A stretch of DNA of 34,849 nucleotides from a virus (IMGVR_UViG_3300016484_000437:1-34849); one strand, 5' to 3'. Positions 9,888 to 18,229 are shown, counted from the stretch's first letter. Notes: a model not told the origin generated them from the letters alone. A program made the numbers and translations.

Positions 9888-10663
9888 GAAACATTTGGCG
9901 GAAAATCAAGAGTTGGTTCAAACGAGACGAACCGACCGGCGTTGTCATGCGGCCGCGCCCGGAACCGGAAACGGAACATCCTCGCAAACTTGAGCGGAAA
10001 AATGTCCTCATTGATTTTGCCGTTCAATCGACGGTGCGAATGCCAGTTCGCGGAACATACTCAGACGGCTGGCCAAAAGGACTTGTCGTTCATTTCACGG
10101 CTGGCCGCCGAGGCGGAATCCGCAAGGCGCTTGATTCCGTCAAATCAGGCTCAGAAAAGGGTTTCACTTATTTGGTCATTGGCGATGACGGGTCACTTGT
10201 CCAAGGTCATCCGGTTGAGCAATGGGGGTATCATGCCGGTGAATCGAAATGGCCTGGCCTCAAGTCATCGGTTCACAAGGACTTGATTGGCGTTGAAATC
10301 AATTGCGCTGGGAAACTCGAGCGCATTGCACCCGGCAAATTGCAGACATGGTTTGGAACGCCAGTGCCGCTTGAAAACGCAAGACGGGTTGAGGAATCCG
10401 AGTGGGGTTGTCCGACCGGGTACTATGAGAAATTCACCGACAAGCAAGAGGAGACCTTGATGCGTCTCATCCTCTGGCTCAAGCGAAACGACCCGACCGG
10501 AAAAACGTTCTCGTTTGATTTCGTTCTTGGGCATCATGAGGTTTCAGGAAAACGAGGCATTGGCCGTTGGCGGAAAAACGACCCAGGCGGGTCGCTTTCG
10601 ATGTCAATGGACAAGTTCCGCGAACGCCTCAAGCAACAATGGGAAATGGACTCACGCGTCTAG
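9884..10663 (+). CDS. Endolysin, N-acetylmuramoyl-L-alanine amidase (Amidase_2-like)
   Basis: Motifs VVHFTAG, YHAG, IGVEI, GHHEV, KNDPG. Confidence 0.88.
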   Translation: MRNIWRKIKSWFKRDEPTGVVMRPRPEPETEHPRKLERKNVLIDFAVQSTVRMPVRGTYSDGWPKGLVVHFTAGRRGGIRKALDSVKSGSEKGFTYLVIGDDGSLVQGHPVEQWGYHAGESKWPGLKSSVHKDLIGVEINCAGKLERIAPGKLQTWFGTPVPLENARRVEESEWGCPTGYYEKFTDKQEETLMRLILWLKRNDPTGKTFSFDFVLGHHEVSGKRGIGRWRKNDPGGSLSMSMDKFRERLKQQWEMDSRV

Positions 10664-10873
10664 TTTGCCGTCAGTTCGTTTGACGATCGCGATTTGGCGG
10701 CCGCCGCATTGAGCCTCGATTTCGAGAAGTTCAAGCGCCATTGATTTCGCCGTCTCGCGATCGATTCTCACCGCAAATTCCTGGTCGTCCAAATAGATGA
10801 TGATGACCGGGCAAACGTTTCCGTCGTCGTCTCGCCCAATTGCTACCGCAAATCCCGTGGTTCTTTTGTCCAA
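10652..10873 (-). CDS. Hypothetical protein (73 aa)
   Basis: GGAGG RBS before TTG at 10873; overlaps end of upstream minus-strand gene. Confidence 0.55.
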   Translation of the reverse strand: MDKRTTGFAVAIGRDDDGNVCPVIIIYLDDQEFAVRIDRETAKSMALELLEIEAQCGGRQIAIVKRTDGKLDA

Positions 10874-11661
10874 GTGAATTCCTCCAACCACGGGTGCCAC
10901 AATTTCGCGAGGTCTTGGTCGCCGTGAGCTTCTGGCCGATGCTTCCAATACATCGCACCAGCCAATTTGTTTTTGATTCCAAGTTTGATCGTGCCGTCAG
11001 TTTTCGGCATCGCCCATGCGTGAAGGTTTCGCGCAACCCACGCGACCGGCGTTGGCATCAACGCCCACGCAATCCAATACTGCAAAACCGCATTGTCAAC
11101 GTCGGCATCATCCGTTGATCGGCGGACAAACCTCATCGTTTCATGCTTCCAACGCCAGGGTATCGCCTCAACCAGTGCCCCGAAAACAAGCAACAAATCA
11201 GTGACGAACAAGACAGGCCACAACAGAAGTGAGAACGGGTGCCAACATCGAATGATCAGTGAGGCTTGGCCAATGAGATGATCACGCCAATTTGGGGCAA
11301 ATCCCAGTCGCAAAACCACGCCAAGCGTTGTCTCCGAAAGCGTTTTCCACGATCGACCGATGCGGCAAAGCACGAAACCGTTGATGAGCTGGTCACGCGA
11401 AATCATCTTCGGGTCAGTCCAAAACGACGCATGCGGTTTCGGATCCAGGGCGGGGTCCTGGTCATGGTCGATTTGTCGTCCAGGGTGCCGCCGCCAGTTC
11501 CCACGGCCAAGGTACAATTGACCGATCACGAATCGTGCGAACCAATACGCGGACAAGTCGCCGCGTGAGAGACGCCCAGAGGCCCACGCCCCAGACCGTT
11601 GAAGCGTGTCGCCGCCGTCCCCGTCGAGCGCAACTGGCAAACCGAATTCATCCTTGAACAT
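10843..11661 (-). CDS. Hypothetical Trp-rich membrane-associated protein (272 aa)
   Basis: GGAGG RBS; motifs DGDGGD, WRRHP, SRDQL; hydrophobic segment LLLWPVLFVTDLLLVFGALV. Confidence 0.7.
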   Translation of the reverse strand: MFKDEFGLPVALDGDGGDTLQRSGAWASGRLSRGDLSAYWFARFVIGQLYLGRGNWRRHPGRQIDHDQDPALDPKPHASFWTDPKMISRDQLINGFVLCRIGRSWKTLSETTLGVVLRLGFAPNWRDHLIGQASLIIRCWHPFSLLLWPVLFVTDLLLVFGALVEAIPWRWKHETMRFVRRSTDDADVDNAVLQYWIAWALMPTPVAWVARNLHAWAMPKTDGTIKLGIKNKLAGAMYWKHRPEAHGDQDLAKLWHPWLEEFTWTKEPRDLR

Positions 11662-11683
11662 CGTGGACCTCCGAGGCTACCCT
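11654..11683 (+). promoter_or_regulatory. Possible sigma70-like promoter for the ParB-MTase gene
   Basis: TTGAAC-N18-TACCCT in the 50 bp divergent gap. Confidence 0.25.
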
Positions 11684-11711
11684 CATTGAAAAGCATCACA
11701 CGGGGGACCAT

Positions 11712-12989
11712 TTGGAAAAAGCGATTTCAATTCGTTGCACGGGCGCGGCCGCAATGGACATCGAGGACTTGTCTCCGTTTCAGGACGACATCAAAACAAT
11801 GACACCTTCGACCCTCAAAAAACTTGAGAACGTCATCATTTCCCAAGGGTTTTCGGAACCGATTGCCGTCTGGCCAAGCGAAGGACGCAATTGGATTTTG
11901 AACGGACATCAACGTCATACCGCGTTGCAATCGCTCAGGTCCAAAGGCTGGTTTGTTCCCCCGGTCCCGGTCGCACTTGTCGATGCGGCTGACGAGGATG
12001 AGGCAAGGAAAAAAGTCCTCACGCTTGCAAGCCAGTTTGGCGATTTCAACCAGGACCATTTGCTCGAGTTCGTTGCCAAGGCCCGGCTTGATACTGATTG
12101 GATCCGGAACAATGCAAGACTTGCCGCCGGTGATTTCAAATGGCCAGTTTTGGTAACTCCAAAAGACGACGAAGAAGTTCCCGCGCCGCCAGAAACGCCA
12201 ATCGTTCGACCAGGCGAATTGTTCATTCTTGGCGACCACAGAATACTTTGCGGTGATTCGACCGTTGAGAGCGACGTTGCGCGTTTGATGAATGGGGAAC
12301 ACGCGTCAGTTTGGTTATCAGATCCTCCATACGGAATTTCGTATGTTGACAAAGTTGCACAAGAAAAAGGTCAGGCAATTGGATACAAACCAATTGCCAA
12401 TGATGAACTCGAAGACAAGGCTCTTTACGATTTCATTCTGAAAGTCATCACGGTTTCTCTACCGCACATGAAAAAAGGTTTTGCGTTCTATATGTGGCAT
12501 GCAATGAAAATGCAGGCATATTTCTCGCAAGCCGCCGCCGCCGCCGGAATACTATTTCACCGTCAAATTATTTGGGTCAAACCGCAATTTGTTTTTGGAC
12601 GCGGACACTATCACTGGCGTCATGAACTTTGCCTGATGGGATGGCTACAGGGAAATGAACCTCCATTCTACGGTTCAAAAAACCAGTCAACGGTTTGGGA
12701 GGTTGGCCGCGAAAACGACAAAATTCATCCAACGCAAAAGCCAATCGATCTCTGGAAGCCATCAATATTGAATCACACAAATGAGGGTGAAATTGTTTAT
12801 GAACCATTCAGCGGAAGTGGCTCAAATTTGATGGCTTGTGAGCAAACAAAGCGCCGATGTTTCGCAATGGAACTTGAGCCTACCTACGTTCAAGTCGCAA
12901 TTGAGCGTTGGCAAAACGCCACGGGCAAAATCGCTCACCGTGATGACGGCGAGACATGGGACTCAATCAAGGCGACTCGGAACGGCTGA
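11712..12989 (+). CDS. ParB-like N-terminal domain fused to N6A/N4C DNA methyltransferase (beta order)
   Basis: ILNGHQR ParB/Srx-like motif; HRILCGDS, DPPY, HPTQKP, EPFSGSGS motifs. Confidence 0.9.
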   Translation: MEKAISIRCTGAAAMDIEDLSPFQDDIKTMTPSTLKKLENVIISQGFSEPIAVWPSEGRNWILNGHQRHTALQSLRSKGWFVPPVPVALVDAADEDEARKKVLTLASQFGDFNQDHLLEFVAKARLDTDWIRNNARLAAGDFKWPVLVTPKDDEEVPAPPETPIVRPGELFILGDHRILCGDSTVESDVARLMNGEHASVWLSDPPYGISYVDKVAQEKGQAIGYKPIANDELEDKALYDFILKVITVSLPHMKKGFAFYMWHAMKMQAYFSQAAAAAGILFHRQIIWVKPQFVFGRGHYHWRHELCLMGWLQGNEPPFYGSKNQSTVWEVGRENDKIHPTQKPIDLWKPSILNHTNEGEIVYEPFSGSGSNLMACEQTKRRCFAMELEPTYVQVAIERWQNATGKIAHRDDGETWDSIKATRNG

Positions 12990-13167
12990 CCTTGAGGTTT
13001 TTCGGTGCGACGATGAGAACCTTGACGTTGTGGGGCGTGGCCGACTCAATGCGAATGATTGAGTCGCCAATCGTGAACAAGGTTCCGGGTCGGATGTTGA
13101 ATTTCAAAACCCCGTGGGTTTCAGGTACAAAATGGCGGTCCCTCAATTTTGGCTTGGCGGGTTCCAA
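12967..13167 (-). CDS. CsrA/RsmA-like RNA-binding protein
   Basis: VLKFNIRPGTLFTIGD...NVKVLIVAPKNLKVSRSE aligns by eye with CsrA MLILTRRVGETLMIGD...QVRIGVNAPKEVSVHREE; GAGGG RBS before TTG. Confidence 0.7.
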   Translation of the reverse strand: MEPAKPKLRDRHFVPETHGVLKFNIRPGTLFTIGDSIIRIESATPHNVKVLIVAPKNLKVSRSESP

Positions 13168-13613
13168 TCAAACACCCTCATTTGTTGACCGTTGTCGTAT
13201 GAAATCGTGAGCTTCTGACCAAGGATTCCAAACCTCGTCATTGATTTCAACCACTCGCAACGCGTGTCGTTGATGCCAATTGGCTCGACCTCGTACAACG
13301 ATTCATTCACATTCGTGACCAGCCAATCGGTTGGACCGCCGTCAATCGTGACGCCAATGCGACAAGTCACGGTTCCCGTGATTGGGTCCTCGGCGCGATA
13401 TTGCATCACCGACTCAGTCCCCATCAGGGAAACGAATTGCAAGTCGAGATGTTCAAAAAACCCGTCATCGTCGCTGGTCCAGATCGTATTGAGGTATGGG
13501 GGCAACTTGGGCTTGTCTTGCAATGCGGATTGCGGACCGCAAGCGGTTGCCGCCAGCGCGATGGTTGCCAAGAACACAATCCAAGCAAGTCTCAAGTCGG
13601 CTGATATTCTCAC
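13143..13613 (-). CDS. Lipoprotein, possible superinfection-exclusion protein
   Basis: Signal peptide with lipobox ATA-C; GGGGG RBS, GTG start; in early leftward operon. Confidence 0.6.
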   Translation of the reverse strand: MRISADLRLAWIVFLATIALAATACGPQSALQDKPKLPPYLNTIWTSDDDGFFEHLDLQFVSLMGTESVMQYRAEDPITGTVTCRIGVTIDGGPTDWLVTNVNESLYEVEPIGINDTRCEWLKSMTRFGILGQKLTISYDNGQQMRVFDWNPPSQN

Positions 13614-13789
13614 GATTCCCCCTTGGCAAATTGTCGTTTGACCGCGACGGCAACCTCGATTGGTTCCTTGTGAAACGAGAACGCCACGGCACGAACGGAT
13701 TTCGATTTTGCGATGACCTCGGCTGGTTTTGTTGGTTCGTGCAACGTCGCCAGAAATTCAATTGTTTTTCGGTACGATGGTCGTTTCAT
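13610..13789 (-). CDS. Hypothetical protein (59 aa, MKRPSYRKTIEFL...)
   Basis: Fills the gap with 4-nt start/stop overlaps on both sides; below ORF-track cutoff. Confidence 0.6.
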   Translation of the reverse strand: MKRPSYRKTIEFLATLHEPTKPAEVIAKSKSVRAVAFSFHKEPIEVAVAVKRQFAKGES

Positions 13790-14007
13790 CGGTCTTGCCT
13801 CGCAAGTGTTTCAAGTTCGTTTTTCATGTCGAGTTCATCGGTTTCCATCTCAATCAATATTTCAAGCGTTGATTGAATGATGACGTCGACCGGCGGTGGG
13901 TCCTCATCAAGACCGAAATCCTTGACGTGGTCTCGAGCGACCTCAAAAATCTGACGCAACCGTTCATTGAGTTCGAGCAAATATTTGGACTCACTTTTCG
14001 TTTTCAT
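13786..14007 (-). CDS. Hypothetical acidic protein (73 aa)
   Basis: GGGGG RBS before ATG; coupled to next gene. Confidence 0.6.
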   Translation of the reverse strand: MKTKSESKYLLELNERLRQIFEVARDHVKDFGLDEDPPPVDVIIQSTLEILIEMETDELDMKNELETLARQDR

Positions 14008-14251
14008 TTTTCCCCCGTCCGTATGATGACCAAAAATCGGCCTCCGATTCCAATTCATCAAGGTCGCATCCAAGGCTCGTCAACATCCCGTCGATTCGGT
14101 CACAAATGGTTTCGCTTGAATCGCGGCCAGTTTGAATGACATGCATCCAAGCCGTGTCGGTCACACCCCCGCCCGCGCCGACGATGATTGAGAATTTGAT
14201 TTGTTTCAAATGGTCAATCAGCCATGCCCGTTGTTGTTCATCCAAATTCAT
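13991..14251 (-). CDS. Hypothetical protein (86 aa)
   Basis: GAGGTG RBS; ATG adjacent to upstream stop. Confidence 0.6.
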   Translation of the reverse strand: MNLDEQQRAWLIDHLKQIKFSIIVGAGGGVTDTAWMHVIQTGRDSSETICDRIDGMLTSLGCDLDELESEADFWSSYGRGKNENEK

Positions 14252-14252
14252 T

Positions 14253-14456
14253 TCACACCTCGTTTTTTTCAACAAATGCAATTGCCTCGCAATCAATTGT
14301 TTCCATGACGTACATCATTTGTTCATGAGTGCACGCAACGGCCTCGTCAGGGGACGAAACGAGTTCAAGGTTCTCGCCAATCCATAATTTGAAATTCAAA
14401 CCAGCAAATGGGAGAAATCGACTTGGAATTTCAATCCGATACTTTTTCAGGTTCAT
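14253..14456 (-). CDS. Hypothetical protein (67 aa), first gene of leftward operon
   Basis: GAGG RBS; ATG just downstream of a promoter. Confidence 0.6.
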   Translation of the reverse strand: MNLKKYRIEIPSRFLPFAGLNFKLWIGENLELVSSPDEAVACTHEQMMYVMETIDCEAIAFVEKNEV

Positions 14457-14478
14457 GTGGACCTCGCTTGTTTGAACC

Positions 14479-14507
14479 AGTATGCCGCAACGCATCTGAA
14501 TTGTCAA
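14479..14507 (-). promoter_or_regulatory. Sigma70-type leftward early promoter
   Basis: Minus strand TTGACA-N17-CATACT, ~22 nt upstream of ATG 14456. Confidence 0.75.
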
Positions 14508-14556
14508 CTCAAGTGGCAACAAAACACGCCAGTTTCATTCAAATCAAACCAATTGA

Positions 14557-14573
14557 AATTGGCGTCGCCAATT
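14557..14573. promoter_or_regulatory. Perfect palindrome, operator candidate
   Basis: AATTGGCG-T-CGCCAATT, 50 bp upstream of the -35 box. Confidence 0.4.
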
Positions 14574-14574
14574 C

Positions 14575-15345
14575 GCCTCAGTTTGAGGCAATGTGCAAAA
14601 CCCGGTGGAAAAGAATTTCAAATGTTGCAGCGTGAAAAAGGTTCACCCCCGCATTGCGCGGGGGGTACGTTTGTCTTGCACAACAAAAACGTGGTCACAG
14701 GACTACGGTTTCAATCGCAAACCGTCAATATCCAAACCACGAAAATTGAAATCAATGGCGGGTGAACCGCTCGGTTGATTGAATGCACGGAACGAGGACG
14801 ACAAGCCAAACCGTTGGAGATTGCGTCCGGTCAGGCCAAACGACGTTGCGGGGTTGAAATATCGCAAGACCGTTTGGAATCGGCGAGGGGAGACATCCTC
14901 AATGATTGATCGGACGTTCACCGTGGACGGGTCGAGGGAACGCGCTGAATGGCGTTTCAAAACACGGGGAGCCAATCGGGCACAGCATGCCGATTGAACC
15001 GCACCTCTGGGTCGCGAGAATTCCCGGCCGATTGCCAAGCCGACCAGGCGGACAATCGAACGTGAGCGGAATTCGGGGCGGCACAACCAGGGGGAGATTG
15101 CGTCCGCACGGATCCAAACGAATTCAATTCGCTGAAAATATCCCTCAACTGATTCCAAGCGTACTCGACCGGCCCTGACGGGACCGGTTGCGCCCGATGT
15201 TCGCCGCTGGCGAAATCGTGCACTCGTCACAAAGTGATTGCATCGTGTTTGAAATTGGGACACAACGAAATGGCAACCGGGTGATTGATTGCTGTTCAGT
15301 GTGTGGCACCGCTCACGATGGGACGTCGCCCGGTTGCGTTTTCAT
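14575..15345 (+). ncRNA. Putative large structured RNA / origin-control region
   Basis: No convincing ORF; more than ten stems; 14-nt direct repeat GGAGATTGCGTCCG at 14816 and 15093; strand inferred from G-U pairings and the downstream operon. Confidence 0.4.
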
Positions 15346-15357
15346 CAAGGGGGGACA

Positions 15358-15714
15358 ATGGAAAACGAGGAACTACTGGAGCCATCCGTTCGCGAACGTG
15401 AAATGCATTTCCTTGCATACGCAATCAGGGAAGCAACCGAACAACGACTTGATTTCGATTCACTCATTCGAGTCGGTCGATACCTCGTGAACATTGGCAA
15501 ACAAGAACAAATGGACCATCGTCGCAAAGCGGCCAAGGACAACTATCGGATGCACAAAGAAATGCTCGAGACGGTCGTCAAGAGCAACCGTGAACATCCA
15601 ATTGACCCCGAGACGTTCCGCCGAATCGTTCACACTGAATGCTTCCTCGCTGAACAAGCGGCAACGTTGTTCAACCAAACGATACCGCCAGCACTTGGCG
15701 CCGGACGATTCTGA
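15358..15714 (+). CDS. Hypothetical protein (118 aa)
   Basis: GGGGGG RBS before ATG 15358. Confidence 0.7.
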   Translation: MENEELLEPSVREREMHFLAYAIREATEQRLDFDSLIRVGRYLVNIGKQEQMDHRRKAAKDNYRMHKEMLETVVKSNREHPIDPETFRRIVHTECFLAEQAATLFNQTIPPALGAGRF

Positions 15715-15788
15715 TGACTGGCGTTCAAATCGTCATCGTCACGACGGTCGTTTTCTGGGGCGCCATAATATTCATCGCATTCAAATAA
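15714..15788 (+). CDS. Small hydrophobic peptide (24 aa, MTGVQIVIVTTVVFWGAIIFIAFK)
   Basis: TGATG coupling to upstream gene; single TM helix with C-terminal Lys. Confidence 0.5.
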   Translation: MTGVQIVIVTTVVFWGAIIFIAFK

Positions 15789-15789
15789 A

Positions 15790-15848
15790 CCCCCGCCCGC
15801 GCGGCGTTGTGGAATTGGTCCACGGCGTCGGGGGAACGCTGGGCGGGG
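15790..15848 (+). promoter_or_regulatory. GC-rich stem-loop upstream of exonuclease gene
   Basis: CCCCGCCC/GGGCGGGG outer stem and GGCGTTGTGGA/TCCACGGCGTC inner stem. Confidence 0.45.
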
Positions 15849-15865
15849 AATCATCAGGAGACCAA

Positions 15866-16459
15866 ATGCTCAAAGGTACAAACGTCGTTGTGTTCGATTG
15901 CGAGACCGTGAACCCAGTTGATGGGTTTGTCATCACTTGGAACGATCACGCCAAAATGGGATTGTCAGTCGCATGCATGTACGATTTCAAAACCGACGAT
16001 TTTTCGGTTCACCTTGAACCAGATGTTCCAAGAATGGTCGAACGGTTCAAAACCGCTGACCTCGTCGTTGCGTTCAATTCCAAGGGTTTCGACAACAAGT
16101 TGCTCCGCGCACTTGGCCACGACATCGACGAATCAAATCACTGGGACATGCTCGAGGTATCACGCCGCGCAGCTGGTTGGTATGATGGTCAGTTGTTTCC
16201 AAAGGGCCTGAGGCTTGATGACCATTTGTCGGCGATGTTTGGCGCTCAGAATATGAAAACCACGGCGGGGGAAAATGCCCCATTGTGGTGGCAAGAGGGC
16301 CGGATGTCCGAGGTCATTTCGTATTGCCTGGCTGACGTGAAACGTGAACGCGACTTGTTCATTCACATGATGACCTACGGCTGGGTTGAGACGGCAACGC
16401 ATGGTCGCAAGTTCGTTGACCGATCGTTTGCGGCCAAACGGATTTGGGGGTCAAAATGA
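15866..16459 (+). CDS. DEDD(y)/RNase H-like 3'-5' exonuclease
   Basis: ExoI VFDCET, ExoII FNSKGFD, ExoIII YCLADV; AGGAG RBS. Confidence 0.82.
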   Translation: MLKGTNVVVFDCETVNPVDGFVITWNDHAKMGLSVACMYDFKTDDFSVHLEPDVPRMVERFKTADLVVAFNSKGFDNKLLRALGHDIDESNHWDMLEVSRRAAGWYDGQLFPKGLRLDDHLSAMFGAQNMKTTAGENAPLWWQEGRMSEVISYCLADVKRERDLFIHMMTYGWVETATHGRKFVDRSFAAKRIWGSK

Positions 16460-17025
16460 CATCGAACGGGCATTGCGCGATTTGTCGCGAAGTCACCGGG
16501 TATTGGATCGAGCAAATCAAGGAATGGCGTTGCGAGTTGCACTTGCCAACAAGACCGATTCCGCCAACCAAACAAGAACGGGAGCAAGCCATCATGACAC
16601 GCAAGGAGCGCCGAGCACTTGAGCGAGCAAAGGAAAAGCACGTCGCCGCGTTGATGCGTTCCGGATATTCGTCCGACTGGACTGACATCACCGAACTTGA
16701 ATCAACGAAGAAATTGACCAGCCGCATGACCAATCCGCCCTACAAGGTCGTGATGAACGGTCGGTTCATAGTCCAGATGTTCAAGCAATCGACCGCGTGG
16801 GGCGAGTGCACGCGACTCATGATTCGTTGGAACGACGCAAGGCCGGTTCACGATTGGCAGATTTTTCAGCGCATCAAGAATGACTTGGTTGGCGAGGAAC
16901 GAACCGCCGTGGAAGTATATCCAAAACAATCAAACTTGGTTGACGTTGCAAACATGTATTGGCTTTTCGTATTGCCTGAGGGGTTTGATTGTCCGTTTGA
17001 AATGGTTGAGGGGAAATTTCAATGA
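16456..17025 (+). CDS. Conserved phage hypothetical protein (DUF7694-like C-terminal domain)
   Basis: Motif W..FQRIKNDLVGEE..AVEVYP....LVDVANMYWL. Confidence 0.6.
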   Translation: MTSNGHCAICREVTGYWIEQIKEWRCELHLPTRPIPPTKQEREQAIMTRKERRALERAKEKHVAALMRSGYSSDWTDITELESTKKLTSRMTNPPYKVVMNGRFIVQMFKQSTAWGECTRLMIRWNDARPVHDWQIFQRIKNDLVGEERTAVEVYPKQSNLVDVANMYWLFVLPEGFDCPFEMVEGKFQ

Positions 17026-17810
17026 AACAAACCAGACCGGCTTTGAGATATTTCGGCGGGAAGTGGCGTCTCGCTGACTGGATCGTTTCGCACTTGCCGC
17101 CTCATCGCGTCTATGTCGAACCGTTTTGCGGTGCCGCGTCGGTATTGTTCAAAAAGCCCAGGTCATACGCCGAAGTCATCAATGACCTAGATGATTCAAT
17201 TTTCAATTTGTTCTCGGTCATGCGATGCCCGCGAGCGCATCGCGATTTGAAGGCTTCGTTGGAATCAACGGCGTATTCAAGGCGTGAATTTGAACTTGCC
17301 CATGTGTTTCACCCGGATCCAGTTGAATCCGCAAGGCGTTTGATCATCCGTTCGTTCATGGGTTTCGGTGCCGACTCGGTGACAAACATCGAATCGAAAA
17401 CCGGGTTTCGATCAAACTCAAATAGATCAGGGACAACCCCGGCGCATGATTGGATCAACTATCCGAGTCAAATTGTTGCAATTCACGAGCGACTAAAGGG
17501 CGTTGTGATTGAAAACCGAGATGCGTTTGATTTGATGAAAACTCACGACGGACCGGAAACGGTTTTCTACATTGACCCGCCATGCCATTCAGACACGCGT
17601 CGTTCAGGCCGTTATCAATTCGAGTTCTCACATGACGACCATGTCCGATTGATTGAGGTGATGCGAGAATTGAAGGGCGCTTGCGTTGTGAGCGGATACG
17701 AACACCCGCTCTATGATTCGCTTGGCTGGACAAAACACGTCAAGGAAGCACGGGCGGACAAGGCTGGCAAACGCCTTGAATGCATCTGGATCAAGGAGGC
17801 TCATGAATGA
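17022..17810 (+). CDS. DNA adenine methyltransferase (Dam/D12 class), catalytic motif reads DPPC
   Basis: YFGGK, YVEPFCG, EVINDLD, IENRDA, FYIDPPC. Confidence 0.85.
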   Translation: MKQTRPALRYFGGKWRLADWIVSHLPPHRVYVEPFCGAASVLFKKPRSYAEVINDLDDSIFNLFSVMRCPRAHRDLKASLESTAYSRREFELAHVFHPDPVESARRLIIRSFMGFGADSVTNIESKTGFRSNSNRSGTTPAHDWINYPSQIVAIHERLKGVVIENRDAFDLMKTHDGPETVFYIDPPCHSDTRRSGRYQFEFSHDDHVRLIEVMRELKGACVVSGYEHPLYDSLGWTKHVKEARADKAGKRLECIWIKEAHE

Positions 17811-18229
17811 GGAAATCAGTTTGCGAACATTGCGGCGCCTCGATGATGATGAATTGCGCGACGATGTCGAAACACGCCGCCCGTTGCCTTTGGAAAGCGT
17901 TCATTCATTCGGAACAAATCGGACGCCGTGAATTCAAAACGGCTGACCTGAAACTGAACCGCACCGAATATCCAAACTTCACGAAACTGAAATATTGGGG
18001 GTTCATCGAACGGCGCGGGAACTATTGGCGAGTGACTGAACGTGCGCTTCAATTCTTGAGGGGCGACATCACCGTGCCCGCCAAAATCTGGTATTTCCGC
18101 GACGAACCACAATCAACCGACGGTGAGGTTCACATCACGACAATTGTCGACGAACACGAGTCACGGGAAAAGTACGTCGAACTCATGAGGCCATACATCG
18201 GCGAGATGCAAATGCGGTGGCAACTATGA
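17807..18229 (+). CDS. Hypothetical protein, CxxC N-terminus, possible winged helix
   Basis: AGGAGG RBS; KLKYWGFIER...WRVTERALQFL resembles a wing. Confidence 0.55.
   Translation: MRKSVCEHCGASMMMNCATMSKHAARCLWKAFIHSEQIGRREFKTADLKLNRTEYPNFTKLKYWGFIERRGNYWRVTERALQFLRGDITVPAKIWYFRDEPQSTDGEVHITTIVDEHESREKYVELMRPYIGEMQMRWQL

Noticed and set aside
12531-12545. (GCC)5 tract; also the GAC repeat near 20606
   Set aside because: In-frame poly-Ala and poly-Asp codons, not phase-variation tracts
14816-15106. Direct repeat as a mini CRISPR array or att site
   Set aside because: Only two 14-nt copies 277 bp apart; no cas or integrase gene seen
14703-15263. ORFs within the non-coding region (186 aa minus; 72, 90 and 100 aa plus)
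   Set aside because: Arg/Pro/Gly-rich unnatural composition, weak starts, mutually overlapping; better explained by RNA or DNA structure
15494-15865. 321 aa long form of the exonuclease ORF
   Set aside because: Overlaps two better genes; AGGAG RBS and the ExoI motif support the start at 15866
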